A stretch of 32,000 nucleotides of DNA, taken from contig JAUYHT010000002.1 of the NCBI GenBank assembly GCA_030688545.1, positions 386,566-418,565 on the forward strand, written 5' to 3'. The notes below the pieces were generated by a model. That model ran no database searches, was not told the DNA's origin, and saw nothing but the letters and a program-made list of their open reading frames with translations. A program made the translations under genes and the position numbers. Below are positions 8,634-17,355 of the stretch, piece by piece (positions within the stretch are counted from its first letter, which is position 1; every line of letters begins with the position of its first letter). This stretch comes from Candidatus Iainarchaeum sp. (GTDB lineage Archaea > Iainarchaeota > Iainarchaeia > Iainarchaeales > VGJJ01).

Positions 8634-8966
8634 CTACTTTCTGCCCTTGGGCTTGGACTTTTTGGAAAGAAGCCCCAGCTCCTGCTGCATGTCCTCCACC
8701 GAATACTGGGATTTATAGCCGTGGCGGACCAGGTATTGCTCCATCTCCCAAATGGAAATATGGGCGTCCATGGCGGCCTGGCTCATGGTCAGCTTCCCCG
8801 CCTTATACCATTCGGCGGCCTTTCGGCGCAAATAGGCCTTGTACCCTTCTTCCAAAAGCATCCGAATGGCGGTCGACCGATCCACTTTTTCTGTTTTCCC
8901 CATATCATCTATTTTGGCAAGCATGTCCTTTTCGACACGGATACCAATGGCCTGACTTCCGTTCAT
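8634..8966 (-). CDS. Ribbon-helix-helix (CopG-like) N-terminus fused to a UPF0175-like domain
   Basis: IGIRVEKDMLAKIDDMGKTEKVDRSTAIRMLLEEG fits a strand-helix-helix pattern. The C-terminal part, KLTMSQAAMDAHISIWEMEQYLVRHG, resembles the UPF0175 family. GGGAGG lies 6 nt upstream of the ATG. Confidence 0.65.
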   Translation of the reverse strand: MNGSQAIGIRVEKDMLAKIDDMGKTEKVDRSTAIRMLLEEGYKAYLRRKAAEWYKAGKLTMSQAAMDAHISIWEMEQYLVRHGYKSQYSVEDMQQELGLLSKKSKPKGRK

Positions 8967-9282
8967 GCGTTTACCTCCCGGATGTTTTTATCCAATACAT
9001 GGGATTTGAAGGTTTTTAACCCCAATTAAGAGGTTTAATTTCTTATTTCCGAGACATGGTCTGGTTCTTCTGAATAGTTTCGCGTCGAGCATGTGAAGGG
9101 TTTGGCAGGAGGAAGGGGAAGGGAAAGAGGAGGGAAAAGCGGAGATAGGTTTGGATTTTATCACGGGGGCAGCGGGAGGGGGTTTGCAATCAGAACTGGG
9201 TTGGGTTAAGTAGGTGGGTGGTGTGGAAGGGTAACTCCTTCTACGTGCTCCCTATGCTACGGCGGTGCACCGGACAAAGCAC

Positions 9283-9289
9283 TATATTA
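9283..9289 (+). promoter_or_regulatory. Putative TATA box for mcm
   Basis: TATATTA lies about 32 nt upstream of the ATG at 9321. Confidence 0.35.
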
Positions 9290-9320
9290 CTGGTACGGCT
9301 AATTAGGATTGTGAGCGCCA

Positions 9321-12300
9321 ATGGAAAGAGAATCCTTCAAAGAGGGCCAGCGGGATGGCTATTCCAAGCCGGATGAGGAGATGGGAGTCGCCCCCTATGT
9401 GGGAAAGGGAGAGGCCAATCCTTTCATCCCCAAGCTCGAGGAATTCTTTTCCACCCACTACAAGAAGCAAATCGAGGATCTGGTGAGGGAATACCCCCAA
9501 AAACGGTCGCTGGTGATTGATTTCAAGGATTTGGAGGAATTCGACTTCCAGCTGGCGGACGAACTCATCGACCACCCGGATTTGGTGCTGGAAGCCGCGC
9601 GTCTGGCCGCCCAAAAGATAGATGTGCCCGCGCTGGAAATAGAGGTTTTCGCTCCCAATGTGCGCGTGCGGAGCCTGCCCCGGGATAGGATGCCCTTGGT
9701 GAAGGATATTTCGGCGCGCCATTTGGGAAAACTCATCACCCTGGAAGGGGTCATCCGGCAGCTCACGGATGTGCTGCCCAAATTGAAGACCGCGACCTGG
9801 AGTTGTAAGCGATGCTCTAATACGTATGTCATCGAGCAGGATGGGCACCAGTTGAGAAAACCTAATTTGTGCACGTGCAAGCACCGGGATTTCGAATTGG
9901 TGCCCGACCAGAGCACGTTTGTGGATTATCAAAAGATTCAGATCCAGGAACCATTAGAGTTGCTCAAGGGGAGCGAGCAAGCGGTGAATCTGGATGTGTA
10001 TATCCAAGATGATTTCGTGAACAAGGTGGCCCCGGGAGACCGCACGCAAATCACGGGGATTTTACGTTTATATCCCCCCAACAAGGAGAAGAAAGCGGTG
10101 TATGGGAGGTATTTGGAAGCCATCCACCTCGAGGAAACCGAGAAGGAGTTCGAGGAAGTGAATGTCGCGGACGAGGATGTGGAGGCCATCAAGGCGCTGG
10201 CGCAAAACCCGCGAATATATGGGCTGCTATCGGAAAGCATTGCCCCCACCATCTATGGGCATGAGATCGTGAAGGAATCCATATCCTTGCAATTGTTCGG
10301 GGGAGTGAAAAAACTGTTGCCGGGAGAGATGACCATTCGGGGAAATATTCATGTATTATTGGTGGGAGACCCGGGCACGGGGAAATCCCAACTCCTGCAG
10401 GCCACGGATAGAATAGCCCCCAAATCGGTGTATGTGAGTGGGAAAACAAGCTCGGGCGTAGGCCTTACCGCGTCAGCTGTTAAAGATGATTTTGGGGAAG
10501 GGGGATGGACGCTCAAGGCGGGAGCGCTCGTACTGGCCTCCGGGGGCATGGTAATGGTGGACGAATTTGATAAGATGGAGTGCCTAACCGGAGACACGCT
10601 TGTTTGCACCCAGAATGGAGAATTGAAACCCATTCAAACGATTTTTGAAGAGGCCAAAAAGGAAGGAAGAATCGAAAAAAATGAAAACGGAACAAGCATA
10701 CGCGATATTCAGAATCGATATGTACTATCAATGGATGAAAACCTGAAAATAGTCAAACGAAAAATGCTCGCGGCCCATGAATACCCCCATCAGGGAAGAA
10801 TTTTGGAAATACGACTCCAAAGTGGAGAAAAAATAAAAACCACCCCCAATCACCCTTTTTTTAGTACGACTGAAAAGGAGGTTAAAACCATTAAAGCCGG
10901 AAAATTGAAAGAAGGAGATTTTATCCTCGTTCCTGCCCGCTTGCCTAATGAAGAAGCAAGAGAATTCAATGAAAAACAATCACGCCTGTATGGGTATTTG
11001 GCTGGAGACGGAAATGTAACGTATAATCCGCCAGAAAATTATATGGTTCGATTCACCAACAAGGATGCAGAATTGCTGGATGACTTTAGTGTTTGTTGCG
11101 AAAGTATATTCGAGAAACCCACTATTTATCCCAGCGAAATTCGAGAGGGAGGTCTAATGTGCACACGGGCAAACGGACAAGCGTATGTTGATTTCATTGC
11201 AAAACATGCTCCCGGGCTCATGGAAAAATTTGACCAAAAATACACTCCATCGAATATTTACCACTCCACCCAAAACACCGCCCATTACCTTCGGGGAATA
11301 TTCGATTCAGAAGGGAATGTGGATACCCGCCACCAACAGGTTGGCTTTGCTTCCACCAGTGAGCGACTAACAATGGAAGTCAAGGCATTGCTGTTAAAAC
11401 ACGGAATAGTATCCCAAATACAGCACAAAGCATCCAAAGAAAAAAGAAGAGCTTCGTACGTTCTTCGAATCACCGATCATGACTCGCTTACACTTTTTTC
11501 CCAAAAAATTGGGTTTACCAGCAATAAAAAACAAAAAAAACTCAACACATTCATTCAACCAAAAAAAGAAAGAAGCGTTATCAATGTTATTCCAAACGCA
11601 GGAAGCCTACTCAAGGATATTCGAATGGATTTAGGATTACTGCAAAAAGAATGCGGGATAAACAAGGTCACCTACAACAATTTTGAAAATGAAACCTCAA
11701 ACATTAGCATCAAAAAAGCCCAAAAAATACTAGAAACATTCACGAGTTTAGCATTCAACAAGAACATTTCCAAGGAAACAAGGAAAAAAATAGAATACTT
11801 TGAAAAACTGGTTCATGGGGATGTCCGATGGAGAAAGATCCGAAAAATAAAAGAGGTTACACCCATCACGCCTAACCACCTAAGCTACCAACGCACGCAC
11901 CAATTAAACCAATATCTAGCCGAAATCGGAATGAAAAAAATCGTTCAAAAAAGAATGAAAGAAGCCATCCCGGCACTCATTCGAGAACTCGAAAAGAAAA
12001 AAGAAAATATCCGAGAAATGGTGAAAAATGATATCCAAACGTGGAACGAAGCGAAAAAAGCCATTGAAAATAAAGCGATTGTCCAAAAAAATATGGCAAA
12101 CGAATTGGGAGTAAACCAATCGACCCTGACACGATGGTTAAATCAGACCACCACCGCCCCCCCTCACGCGCTCCAGAAAACAACCGAAAAAATAAAAAGA
12201 AAACTATTGGAAAAAAAGGAAAAAATAGCACAAATAGAACAACTTTTAAACGAAACGATAGCCGAACCCACCACTCACATATACGATCTCACCATAGAGG

Positions 12301-13238
12301 GAAGCCATAATTTCATTGCAAATAATATCATTGTGCACAACTCAGAAGATCGGAGCTCCATGCACGAAGCGATGGAACAGGGACGGATTAGTGTGGCCAA
12401 AGCCGGGCTGGTGACCCGGTTTAAGACGGACACAAGCGTGCTCGCGGCCGCCAATCCCAAGCTGTCTCGGTTCGATCCATTCAAACCTTTCTTCGAACAA
12501 ATCGACTTGCCCTCCTCCCTCATCTCACGATTCGACCTGTTCTTTATGATTAGGGATACATTGAACAAGGAACGCGACGCTGCGATTACCCAACACATCT
12601 TATCCACCCATCAGGCGGGAGAACAAATGATGCAGATGCAGCGGAGTGGGAAGAAGATGGATGTGGAATGGCAAAAAGCACTCGAGAAGAAAGTGACGCC
12701 TATCATCGATACTGAGATGCTGAGAAAATACATCTCGTACGCCCGACAGAATGTGTTCCCGGTGCTCAGCCCGGAAGCCGTGCTGGTAATCCAGGATTTC
12801 TATGTTGGATTGAGGGACCAAGGAAGGCAGCAAGGAAGCTATTCGGCGACGGCACGGCAGTTGGAAGGACTGGTGCGGTTAGCTGAAGCAAGCGCCCGCG
12901 TCCGATTGAGTGACGTGGTGGAGAAAGAGGACGCGGATAGGAGCACCCGGTTGGTGCGGGCGTCATTGGAGGATGTGGTGCGAGATCCCGAGACGGGACG
13001 GATTGACATTGATATCGTGACGAGTGGGCAGACACAGAGCTCACGTGACCACATGAGAACGATCCTTGACATTATCCGGAGCAAGGGGAAGGAGATGGAG
13101 AAGGTGCCCATCCAGGATGTTATTGCGGAATCCATCGAAAGGGGTATTGATGAAGAGAAGGTGCGGGAACTCATCACCAAGCTCAAGCGGAGCGGAGAAA
13201 TTTACGAACCCTCCCATGGGTATCTCAAGGGCGCGTGA
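9321..13238 (+). CDS. mcm: MCM replicative helicase interrupted by a 587-aa intein
   Basis: Zinc motif CKRC...CTCKH, Walker A GDPGTGKSQLL, Walker B VDEFDKME, then after the intein SEDRSSMHEAMEQGRISVAKAG, followed by an arginine-finger region SRFDLFF and a C-terminal winged-helix-like tail. Confidence 0.95.
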   Translation: MERESFKEGQRDGYSKPDEEMGVAPYVGKGEANPFIPKLEEFFSTHYKKQIEDLVREYPQKRSLVIDFKDLEEFDFQLADELIDHPDLVLEAARLAAQKIDVPALEIEVFAPNVRVRSLPRDRMPLVKDISARHLGKLITLEGVIRQLTDVLPKLKTATWSCKRCSNTYVIEQDGHQLRKPNLCTCKHRDFELVPDQSTFVDYQKIQIQEPLELLKGSEQAVNLDVYIQDDFVNKVAPGDRTQITGILRLYPPNKEKKAVYGRYLEAIHLEETEKEFEEVNVADEDVEAIKALAQNPRIYGLLSESIAPTIYGHEIVKESISLQLFGGVKKLLPGEMTIRGNIHVLLVGDPGTGKSQLLQATDRIAPKSVYVSGKTSSGVGLTASAVKDDFGEGGWTLKAGALVLASGGMVMVDEFDKMECLTGDTLVCTQNGELKPIQTIFEEAKKEGRIEKNENGTSIRDIQNRYVLSMDENLKIVKRKMLAAHEYPHQGRILEIRLQSGEKIKTTPNHPFFSTTEKEVKTIKAGKLKEGDFILVPARLPNEEAREFNEKQSRLYGYLAGDGNVTYNPPENYMVRFTNKDAELLDDFSVCCESIFEKPTIYPSEIREGGLMCTRANGQAYVDFIAKHAPGLMEKFDQKYTPSNIYHSTQNTAHYLRGIFDSEGNVDTRHQQVGFASTSERLTMEVKALLLKHGIVSQIQHKASKEKRRASYVLRITDHDSLTLFSQKIGFTSNKKQKKLNTFIQPKKERSVINVIPNAGSLLKDIRMDLGLLQKECGINKVTYNNFENETSNISIKKAQKILETFTSLAFNKNISKETRKKIEYFEKLVHGDVRWRKIRKIKEVTPITPNHLSYQRTHQLNQYLAEIGMKKIVQKRMKEAIPALIRELEKKKENIREMVKNDIQTWNEAKKAIENKAIVQKNMANELGVNQSTLTRWLNQTTTAPPHALQKTTEKIKRKLLEKKEKIAQIEQLLNETIAEPTTHIYDLTIEGSHNFIANNIIVHNSEDRSSMHEAMEQGRISVAKAGLVTRFKTDTSVLAAANPKLSRFDPFKPFFEQIDLPSSLISRFDLFFMIRDTLNKERDAAITQHILSTHQAGEQMMQMQRSGKKMDVEWQKALEKKVTPIIDTEMLRKYISYARQNVFPVLSPEAVLVIQDFYVGLRDQGRQQGSYSATARQLEGLVRLAEASARVRLSDVVEKEDADRSTRLVRASLEDVVRDPETGRIDIDIVTSGQTQSSRDHMRTILDIIRSKGKEMEKVPIQDVIAESIERGIDEEKVRELITKLKRSGEIYEPSHGYLKGA
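10581..12341 (+). mobile_element. Intein with LAGLIDADG endonuclease and extra HTH/Lys-rich region, inserted immediately after the MCM Walker B motif
   Basis: Codons checked on the DNA: TGC (Cys1) at 10581, CAC-AAC (His-Asn) at 12336-12341, Ser(+1) at 12342. Blocks CLTGDTLV, TTPNHPF, LYGYLAGDGNV, LRGIFDSEGNV and IYDLTIEGSHNFIANNIIVHN. HTH-like segment MANELGVNQSTLTRWL. Confidence 0.9.
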
Positions 13239-13274
13239 GAACGCATAAAAAGAATGACTGGGTGAAGGGAACCT

Positions 13275-13541
13275 ATGTCCCCTCCCCCGAGACAATGGAG
13301 AAAAGCCACTAATAGGGAAAAAGCCTCTCCTAAGAAGCGATTGATGGGAGAATATGCAGTCGCCAAATGGTTGGCGAAATCCCTGAACTTCCATTTTGGT
13401 CAAAGGCGGGGGGATTTTTTGCGCGAGAGGATGGGGGAAACGAGGAGATATCTGGCGGAACTCAACCGCGAGCGGAAGGCGGCCGGGAAAAATCCCCTCA
13501 CGATTGAGGAATTGATTCACATCATCCGGGAGAGCCAATAG
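13275..13541 (+). CDS. Hypothetical small basic protein
   Basis: 88-aa ORF, co-directional with its neighbours. The competing minus-strand ORF (13041-13550) overlaps the mcm 3' end and is Pro/Ser-rich. No recognisable motif. Confidence 0.35.
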   Translation: MSPPPRQWRKATNREKASPKKRLMGEYAVAKWLAKSLNFHFGQRRGDFLRERMGETRRYLAELNRERKAAGKNPLTIEELIHIIRESQ

Positions 13542-13542
13542 A

Positions 13543-14028
13543 ATGCCCATCCGATCATTTTTTCACGTAGTGAAGAAGGCGATGCAGGCCCGGCGCGTGC
13601 GGAAGAAGGCCATGAGCCCAATATCTGATAAACGGTTGTACCGGTTGATGATGCGCGAATTCGGGAATATGCATCAAGCGATAAAAAAGAACCGAAGAGG
13701 GAATGAGCATCCCATCCAGACGTATGCGCGCATCCAGGCGATGAAACAGCACTGGGCGCTCCGAAGAGCATACGCGGCCGCACACGTATATGGGTATGAG
13801 ACGCGGAAAGCCCTCCTTGGGGGGGATGGGAAACCACGTGGAATCAAGGATTTGATTCCCATTATTGGAGAAAGACGGGCCGAGGCATTCACGCAGACGT
13901 TCAGGGAAAGCATGGCCATCGGCGGGGGAATGGAAGAGCGGGCGTTTGTTGAGGACGCGGAGAATCAGGCCCGGAATGAGGAAATATTGCCGGGCTCTTC
14001 CCCATTCAGGCGGAAACGCGCGGCATAG
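13543..14028 (+). CDS. Hypothetical basic protein
   Basis: 161-aa ORF starting 1 nt after the previous stop. Rich in R and K. The competing 182-aa minus-strand ORF looks less protein-like and would overlap the next gene. Confidence 0.4.
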   Translation: MPIRSFFHVVKKAMQARRVRKKAMSPISDKRLYRLMMREFGNMHQAIKKNRRGNEHPIQTYARIQAMKQHWALRRAYAAAHVYGYETRKALLGGDGKPRGIKDLIPIIGERRAEAFTQTFRESMAIGGGMEERAFVEDAENQARNEEILPGSSPFRRKRAA

Positions 14029-14032
14029 ATTT

Positions 14033-14896
14033 ATGAGCGGTTCCGGGGATAGTGGAGAGAGCATGGATAAACCGCTATTGGCCCAGTTGGCGATATATTT
14101 CATAGTCGTACAGGCTTTGGGGCTGTATGTGGGTTATTCCCTTATTCAGGCGGACCTGGAACCGGTTATTTTCTCTCCGGACCCAGATGACCCTGTGAAT
14201 TCGGTGGGGCTACTGGCCTACATCCTGGTGGGAACCCTATTCATCCTGCTGGCCATCAAATTTCTTCCAGATAGACTGTTATATTGGGTGTTCAAGGGGA
14301 TAGAGAGCCTCGCGCTATTCTTCACCGGATTCATTGTTCTGCAGGCCTTTATTCCTGAAGAGGCCGCGCTACTCGGAGCGGTTGGATTGATTATGATACG
14401 GGTGTTTCTTCCCCACATCCTGGTATGGCGAAACATCTCATCCATGGTGGCCACCATTGGAGCGGGGGCCGTGATTGGCATATCCATCGGGGTGTGGCCG
14501 GTGATCATTTTTCTCATCGCATTGGGAATATATGATTACATCGCCGTGTTCAAGACCAAGCACATGGTGACGATGGCCAAGGCGGTGGCCAAGAAGAATC
14601 TGAGCTTTACTATTGCCATGCCCACGAAAGACCATCAATTCGAATTGGGAACGGGGGATTTTGTGATGCCCCTCATCTTTGGAGTGAGCGTGCTGGGGGA
14701 TAGCCTTTCCAAAGGGATTCCCTGGCCGGGCGCGGCCATACCCTCCATCGCCATCCTCCTCGCCTCTTTAGCGGGGTTGGCCATCACCCTGGATTATGGA
14801 AGTGGACGCATCGGGAAAGCCCTGCCCGCATTACCATTGCAAGTGGCGCTCATGGTAATCATGTACGGCCTGCTCGTGGCGGGCGGGGTGGTGTGA
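14033..14896 (+). CDS. Presenilin/signal-peptide-peptidase-like intramembrane aspartyl protease (GxGD type, A22 family)
   Basis: Multi-TM protein with the catalytic pair YD (LGIYDYIAVF) and GxGD (LGTGDFVMPL), plus the PAL motif (KALPALPLQ). The start is trimmed to the ATG at 14033 (alternative 14063) because the track's 13865 start overlaps the upstream ORF. Confidence 0.8.
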   Translation: MSGSGDSGESMDKPLLAQLAIYFIVVQALGLYVGYSLIQADLEPVIFSPDPDDPVNSVGLLAYILVGTLFILLAIKFLPDRLLYWVFKGIESLALFFTGFIVLQAFIPEEAALLGAVGLIMIRVFLPHILVWRNISSMVATIGAGAVIGISIGVWPVIIFLIALGIYDYIAVFKTKHMVTMAKAVAKKNLSFTIAMPTKDHQFELGTGDFVMPLIFGVSVLGDSLSKGIPWPGAAIPSIAILLASLAGLAITLDYGSGRIGKALPALPLQVALMVIMYGLLVAGGVV

Positions 14897-14902
14897 CATC
14901 GT

Positions 14903-15400
14903 ATGCGACGGAATGGGGTGCGATTCGGATTGTCACCCGTGACATGGCCCGCAACCCCATTGGAAGGGGAATGGGTGTTCATGCATGGGGATATTATAGA
15001 ATGCCGCGAGGGGAATGGGGAGGTTCGTGTGCGTGCGAAGGATGAGAAGGGGGAGTGGGAGGGCTATTGCCCCGCGGATAGGGGAATGAATGTTCCCAGG
15101 GAAAAAGGGAAATACGTACGCACCTATGGAAAAATAGTGGCGCAACCGGATGGGGGAATGAAAGTGGCCAGCCAGTGGATCAAGGAAATTGAGGAAAGGG
15201 AATGGGGGTATTGCGTGGAAGAGAGCCAAAAGGAATGGATACGGCTCCTGGAAAAACACCCGGAATTGGATACAATAAGGCCGTTCGTGTTGGAAAGGGT
15301 CGCACCCAAAATGGGGATGGAAAAGAAATCCCCTATCAAAGAGGAAGACGCTGAATTCGTGGCCGCGAGCGAATTCACCGTGGAACGGCATTTTGTGTGA
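14903..15400 (+). CDS. Hypothetical protein
   Basis: 165-aa ORF with an acidic, W-rich, protein-like composition. An internal start at MHGDIIE is possible. No motif that I can name with confidence. Confidence 0.5.
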   Translation: MRRNGVRFGLSPVTWPATPLEGEWVFMHGDIIECREGNGEVRVRAKDEKGEWEGYCPADRGMNVPREKGKYVRTYGKIVAQPDGGMKVASQWIKEIEEREWGYCVEESQKEWIRLLEKHPELDTIRPFVLERVAPKMGMEKKSPIKEEDAEFVAASEFTVERHFV

Positions 15401-15457
15401 AGGGTTGGCGCGGAAAACGGGCTGGCATTTTAAAAGGGTTTTTCGGGGGAATGGGGT

Positions 15458-15868
15458 ATGGACCCTTATGGAAAACTATTAGACCGCATGTACGCCAATC
15501 TCCCCAAACGGGACGCGGGGACGGAGCGGTTCGAATTCCCACGGGTGGAGAGTTTTATCCAGGGACCTAAAACGTACGTGAAGAATTTTCTCCAGCTACT
15601 TAAAATCATGCGACGCGAGGACCCGCGGGACATATTGAAATTCCTCACCAAAGAGAGCGCCTCGCCCGCTCAGGTGGAGGGGGATCGGTTGGTGTTCTCC
15701 GGAAAATTCGGGGAGAAACAGATTAATGGGTGGTTCAAGCGGTTTCTGGATGAATTTGTTTTGTGCAAAGTGTGTGGGAAACCCGACACGCACTATGTTG
15801 AACATAATGGCGTGCGCCAATTGAAATGTGAAGCATGTGGGGCCATCTCACCCATTCGACGGGGATGA
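15458..15868 (+). CDS. eif2b: Translation initiation factor 2 subunit beta (aIF2beta)
   Basis: ERFEFPRVESFIQGPKTYVKNF, ILKFLTKE and the C-terminal C4 zinc ribbon CKVCGKPDT...LKCEACGA are characteristic of the family. Confidence 0.9.
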   Translation: MDPYGKLLDRMYANLPKRDAGTERFEFPRVESFIQGPKTYVKNFLQLLKIMRREDPRDILKFLTKESASPAQVEGDRLVFSGKFGEKQINGWFKRFLDEFVLCKVCGKPDTHYVEHNGVRQLKCEACGAISPIRRG

Positions 15869-15893
15869 TGGAGTGGGAAGAAAAGAATTCGCC

Positions 15894-16178
15894 ATGAAGG
15901 AACATGTGTCCCCGGAGGGAAGCGTGCTCGGAGTGGCGGATATCGAGCTTGTTGGAAAAGTATTCACGGAAGGAAAATTCCGCCTCCATGTGAGTGAACG
16001 GTTTTATTTTGGAGAAAAAGTGGATAAACACGAATTGGTGGAAAAAGTGAACGCATTCTCAAACATCAACCTCGTGGGGGATCGATGCTTGCGGGTGGTG
16101 AAAGAATTAGGATGGGTGGGGGAAAAGGGTATTTTGCGCATCGCGGGAGTACCCCATGCACATGTCTATAAACTGTAA
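15894..16178 (+). CDS. DUF424-like small protein
   Basis: Start trimmed to the ATG at 15894. LGVADIELVGKVFTEGKFRLHVSERFYFGEKV...NLVGDRCL...ILRIAGVPHAHVYKL resembles the archaeal DUF424 pattern. Called from memory only. Confidence 0.5.
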   Translation: MKEHVSPEGSVLGVADIELVGKVFTEGKFRLHVSERFYFGEKVDKHELVEKVNAFSNINLVGDRCLRVVKELGWVGEKGILRIAGVPHAHVYKL

Positions 16179-16211
16179 GTCAGAGAATATGAAGGAAAGG
16201 AGAACCAACCC

Positions 16212-16532
16212 ATGAGACCACGGCCAGCCAATACGACCCCTGAAGGGGAAGTCCGTTTGAGGTTGCCGTATCGAGAACACGGGGAAATGTTTGCCATCGT
16301 CATGAAACTTCACGGGGGCGACCAGATCATGGCATCCTGCGAGGATGGAAAAGATAGGATGTGCCGCATCCCGGGAAAACTCAAGAAAAAGGTCTGGATG
16401 CGGGAAGGGGATGTCATCATCATCCGGCTCTGGGACTTCCAACCCATCAAGGCGGATGTCGTCTGGCGGTTTTTACCCATCCAGACCGAAAAGCTCCGGC
16501 GCCTGGGGCATCTTGAGAAGCTTCCGGTGTGA
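16212..16532 (+). CDS. eif1a: Translation initiation factor 1A (aIF1A)
   Basis: S1-like OB motif: GEMFAIVMKLHGGDQIMASCEDGKDRMCRIPGKLKKKVWMREGDVIIIRLWDF. Confidence 0.9.
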   Translation: MRPRPANTTPEGEVRLRLPYREHGEMFAIVMKLHGGDQIMASCEDGKDRMCRIPGKLKKKVWMREGDVIIIRLWDFQPIKADVVWRFLPIQTEKLRRLGHLEKLPV

Positions 16533-16572
16533 GGAAAAAAGGTTTAAGGGGCGACCATCACCATTGGATGAT

Positions 16573-17355
16573 ATGATGGATAAGCATCGCCGGAAAGCGT
16601 TCCATATCTTCAAATTATTCTCGGAAGAGCGCCTGGAAAAGACATTCGCCAAGGTGTTTGATCAGAACACCATCCACGTGCTGCACACCCTCGCCTCTCA
16701 AGGGCATATCGATCATGTCGAGTTCACCATTTCCACGGGAAAAGAAGCCCACGTATTCCGAGCTGTAGATAAAGGGGGGAATTACCGGGCGGTCAAGATA
16801 TACAAGATTGAAACCAGCGACTTCAATAATATGCAGGATTATTTACGATTCGATAAACGATTCGCCAACGTGAAGAATGAGAAGCGGAGCATCGTGTTTG
16901 CATGGACGCAAAAGGAGTTCTCGTCCCTACGAAAGTTGCGTGAGGCCGGGGTGAATGTCCCCATGCCCCTGGTGGCTAAGGATAATGTGCTAGTGATGGA
17001 ATTCATAGGGACAGATGGGGGAGCGAGCCCGATGCTAAAGGATGCACGCATAAGGGACCTGGAAAAATTTTACAAAGGACTGGTGGGGAACATCGCCAAG
17101 ATGCTCGCGGCAAAAATGATTCACGGGGACTTGAGCGACTACAATATTCTCGTGAAAGACGACATACCCATCATTATTGATTGTGGCCAAACCTTCCCAA
17201 CCACCCACCCGAACGCCAAACACTTTTATGAACGGGACCTCAAGAACCTACTGAAAGTAATCCATCGGTTGGGAAAGAAGGATTTGACGTATGACGAATT
17301 CTATGGGGATGTGAAACGGGAGAAGGAAAAACTTTCAGGGTGGGGGAAGGGGTAA
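16573..17355 (+). CDS. rio1: RIO-type serine/threonine protein kinase
   Basis: Start trimmed to the ATG at 16573, after the aIF1A stop. STGKEAHVFRA (nucleotide loop), AVKIYK (catalytic Lys), IHGDLSDYNILV (catalytic loop) and IIDCGQ (metal-binding loop). Confidence 0.9.
   Translation: MMDKHRRKAFHIFKLFSEERLEKTFAKVFDQNTIHVLHTLASQGHIDHVEFTISTGKEAHVFRAVDKGGNYRAVKIYKIETSDFNNMQDYLRFDKRFANVKNEKRSIVFAWTQKEFSSLRKLREAGVNVPMPLVAKDNVLVMEFIGTDGGASPMLKDARIRDLEKFYKGLVGNIAKMLAAKMIHGDLSDYNILVKDDIPIIIDCGQTFPTTHPNAKHFYERDLKNLLKVIHRLGKKDLTYDEFYGDVKREKEKLSGWGKG

Noticed and set aside
8967-9320. A replication origin in the large intergenic region upstream of mcm.
   Set aside because: I could find no repeated ORB-like boxes and no AT-rich unwinding element, and no cdc6/orc1 gene is adjacent. 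The region is G-rich rather than AT-rich.
13865-14032. The long N-terminal extensions given by the ORF track for the presenilin-like gene. The same applies at 16345-16572 (Rio), 15828-15893 (DUF424-like), 20995-21060 (ACS-like), 25774-25800 (int), 29458-29541 and 30302-30379.
   Set aside because: The extensions overlap upstream genes, use non-ATG starts or encode Arg/Ser-rich junk. Internal ATGs sit right after the upstream stop or at ATGA junctions and match the expected family N-termini.
13555-14103. A 182-aa minus-strand ORF, and 13041-13550 on the minus strand, as alternatives to the plus-strand small ORFs.
   Set aside because: They overlap the mcm 3' end and the start of the presenilin-like gene. 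They are Pro/Ser/Leu-rich without motifs and would break the co-directional gene series. I kept the plus-strand calls, but only at low confidence.
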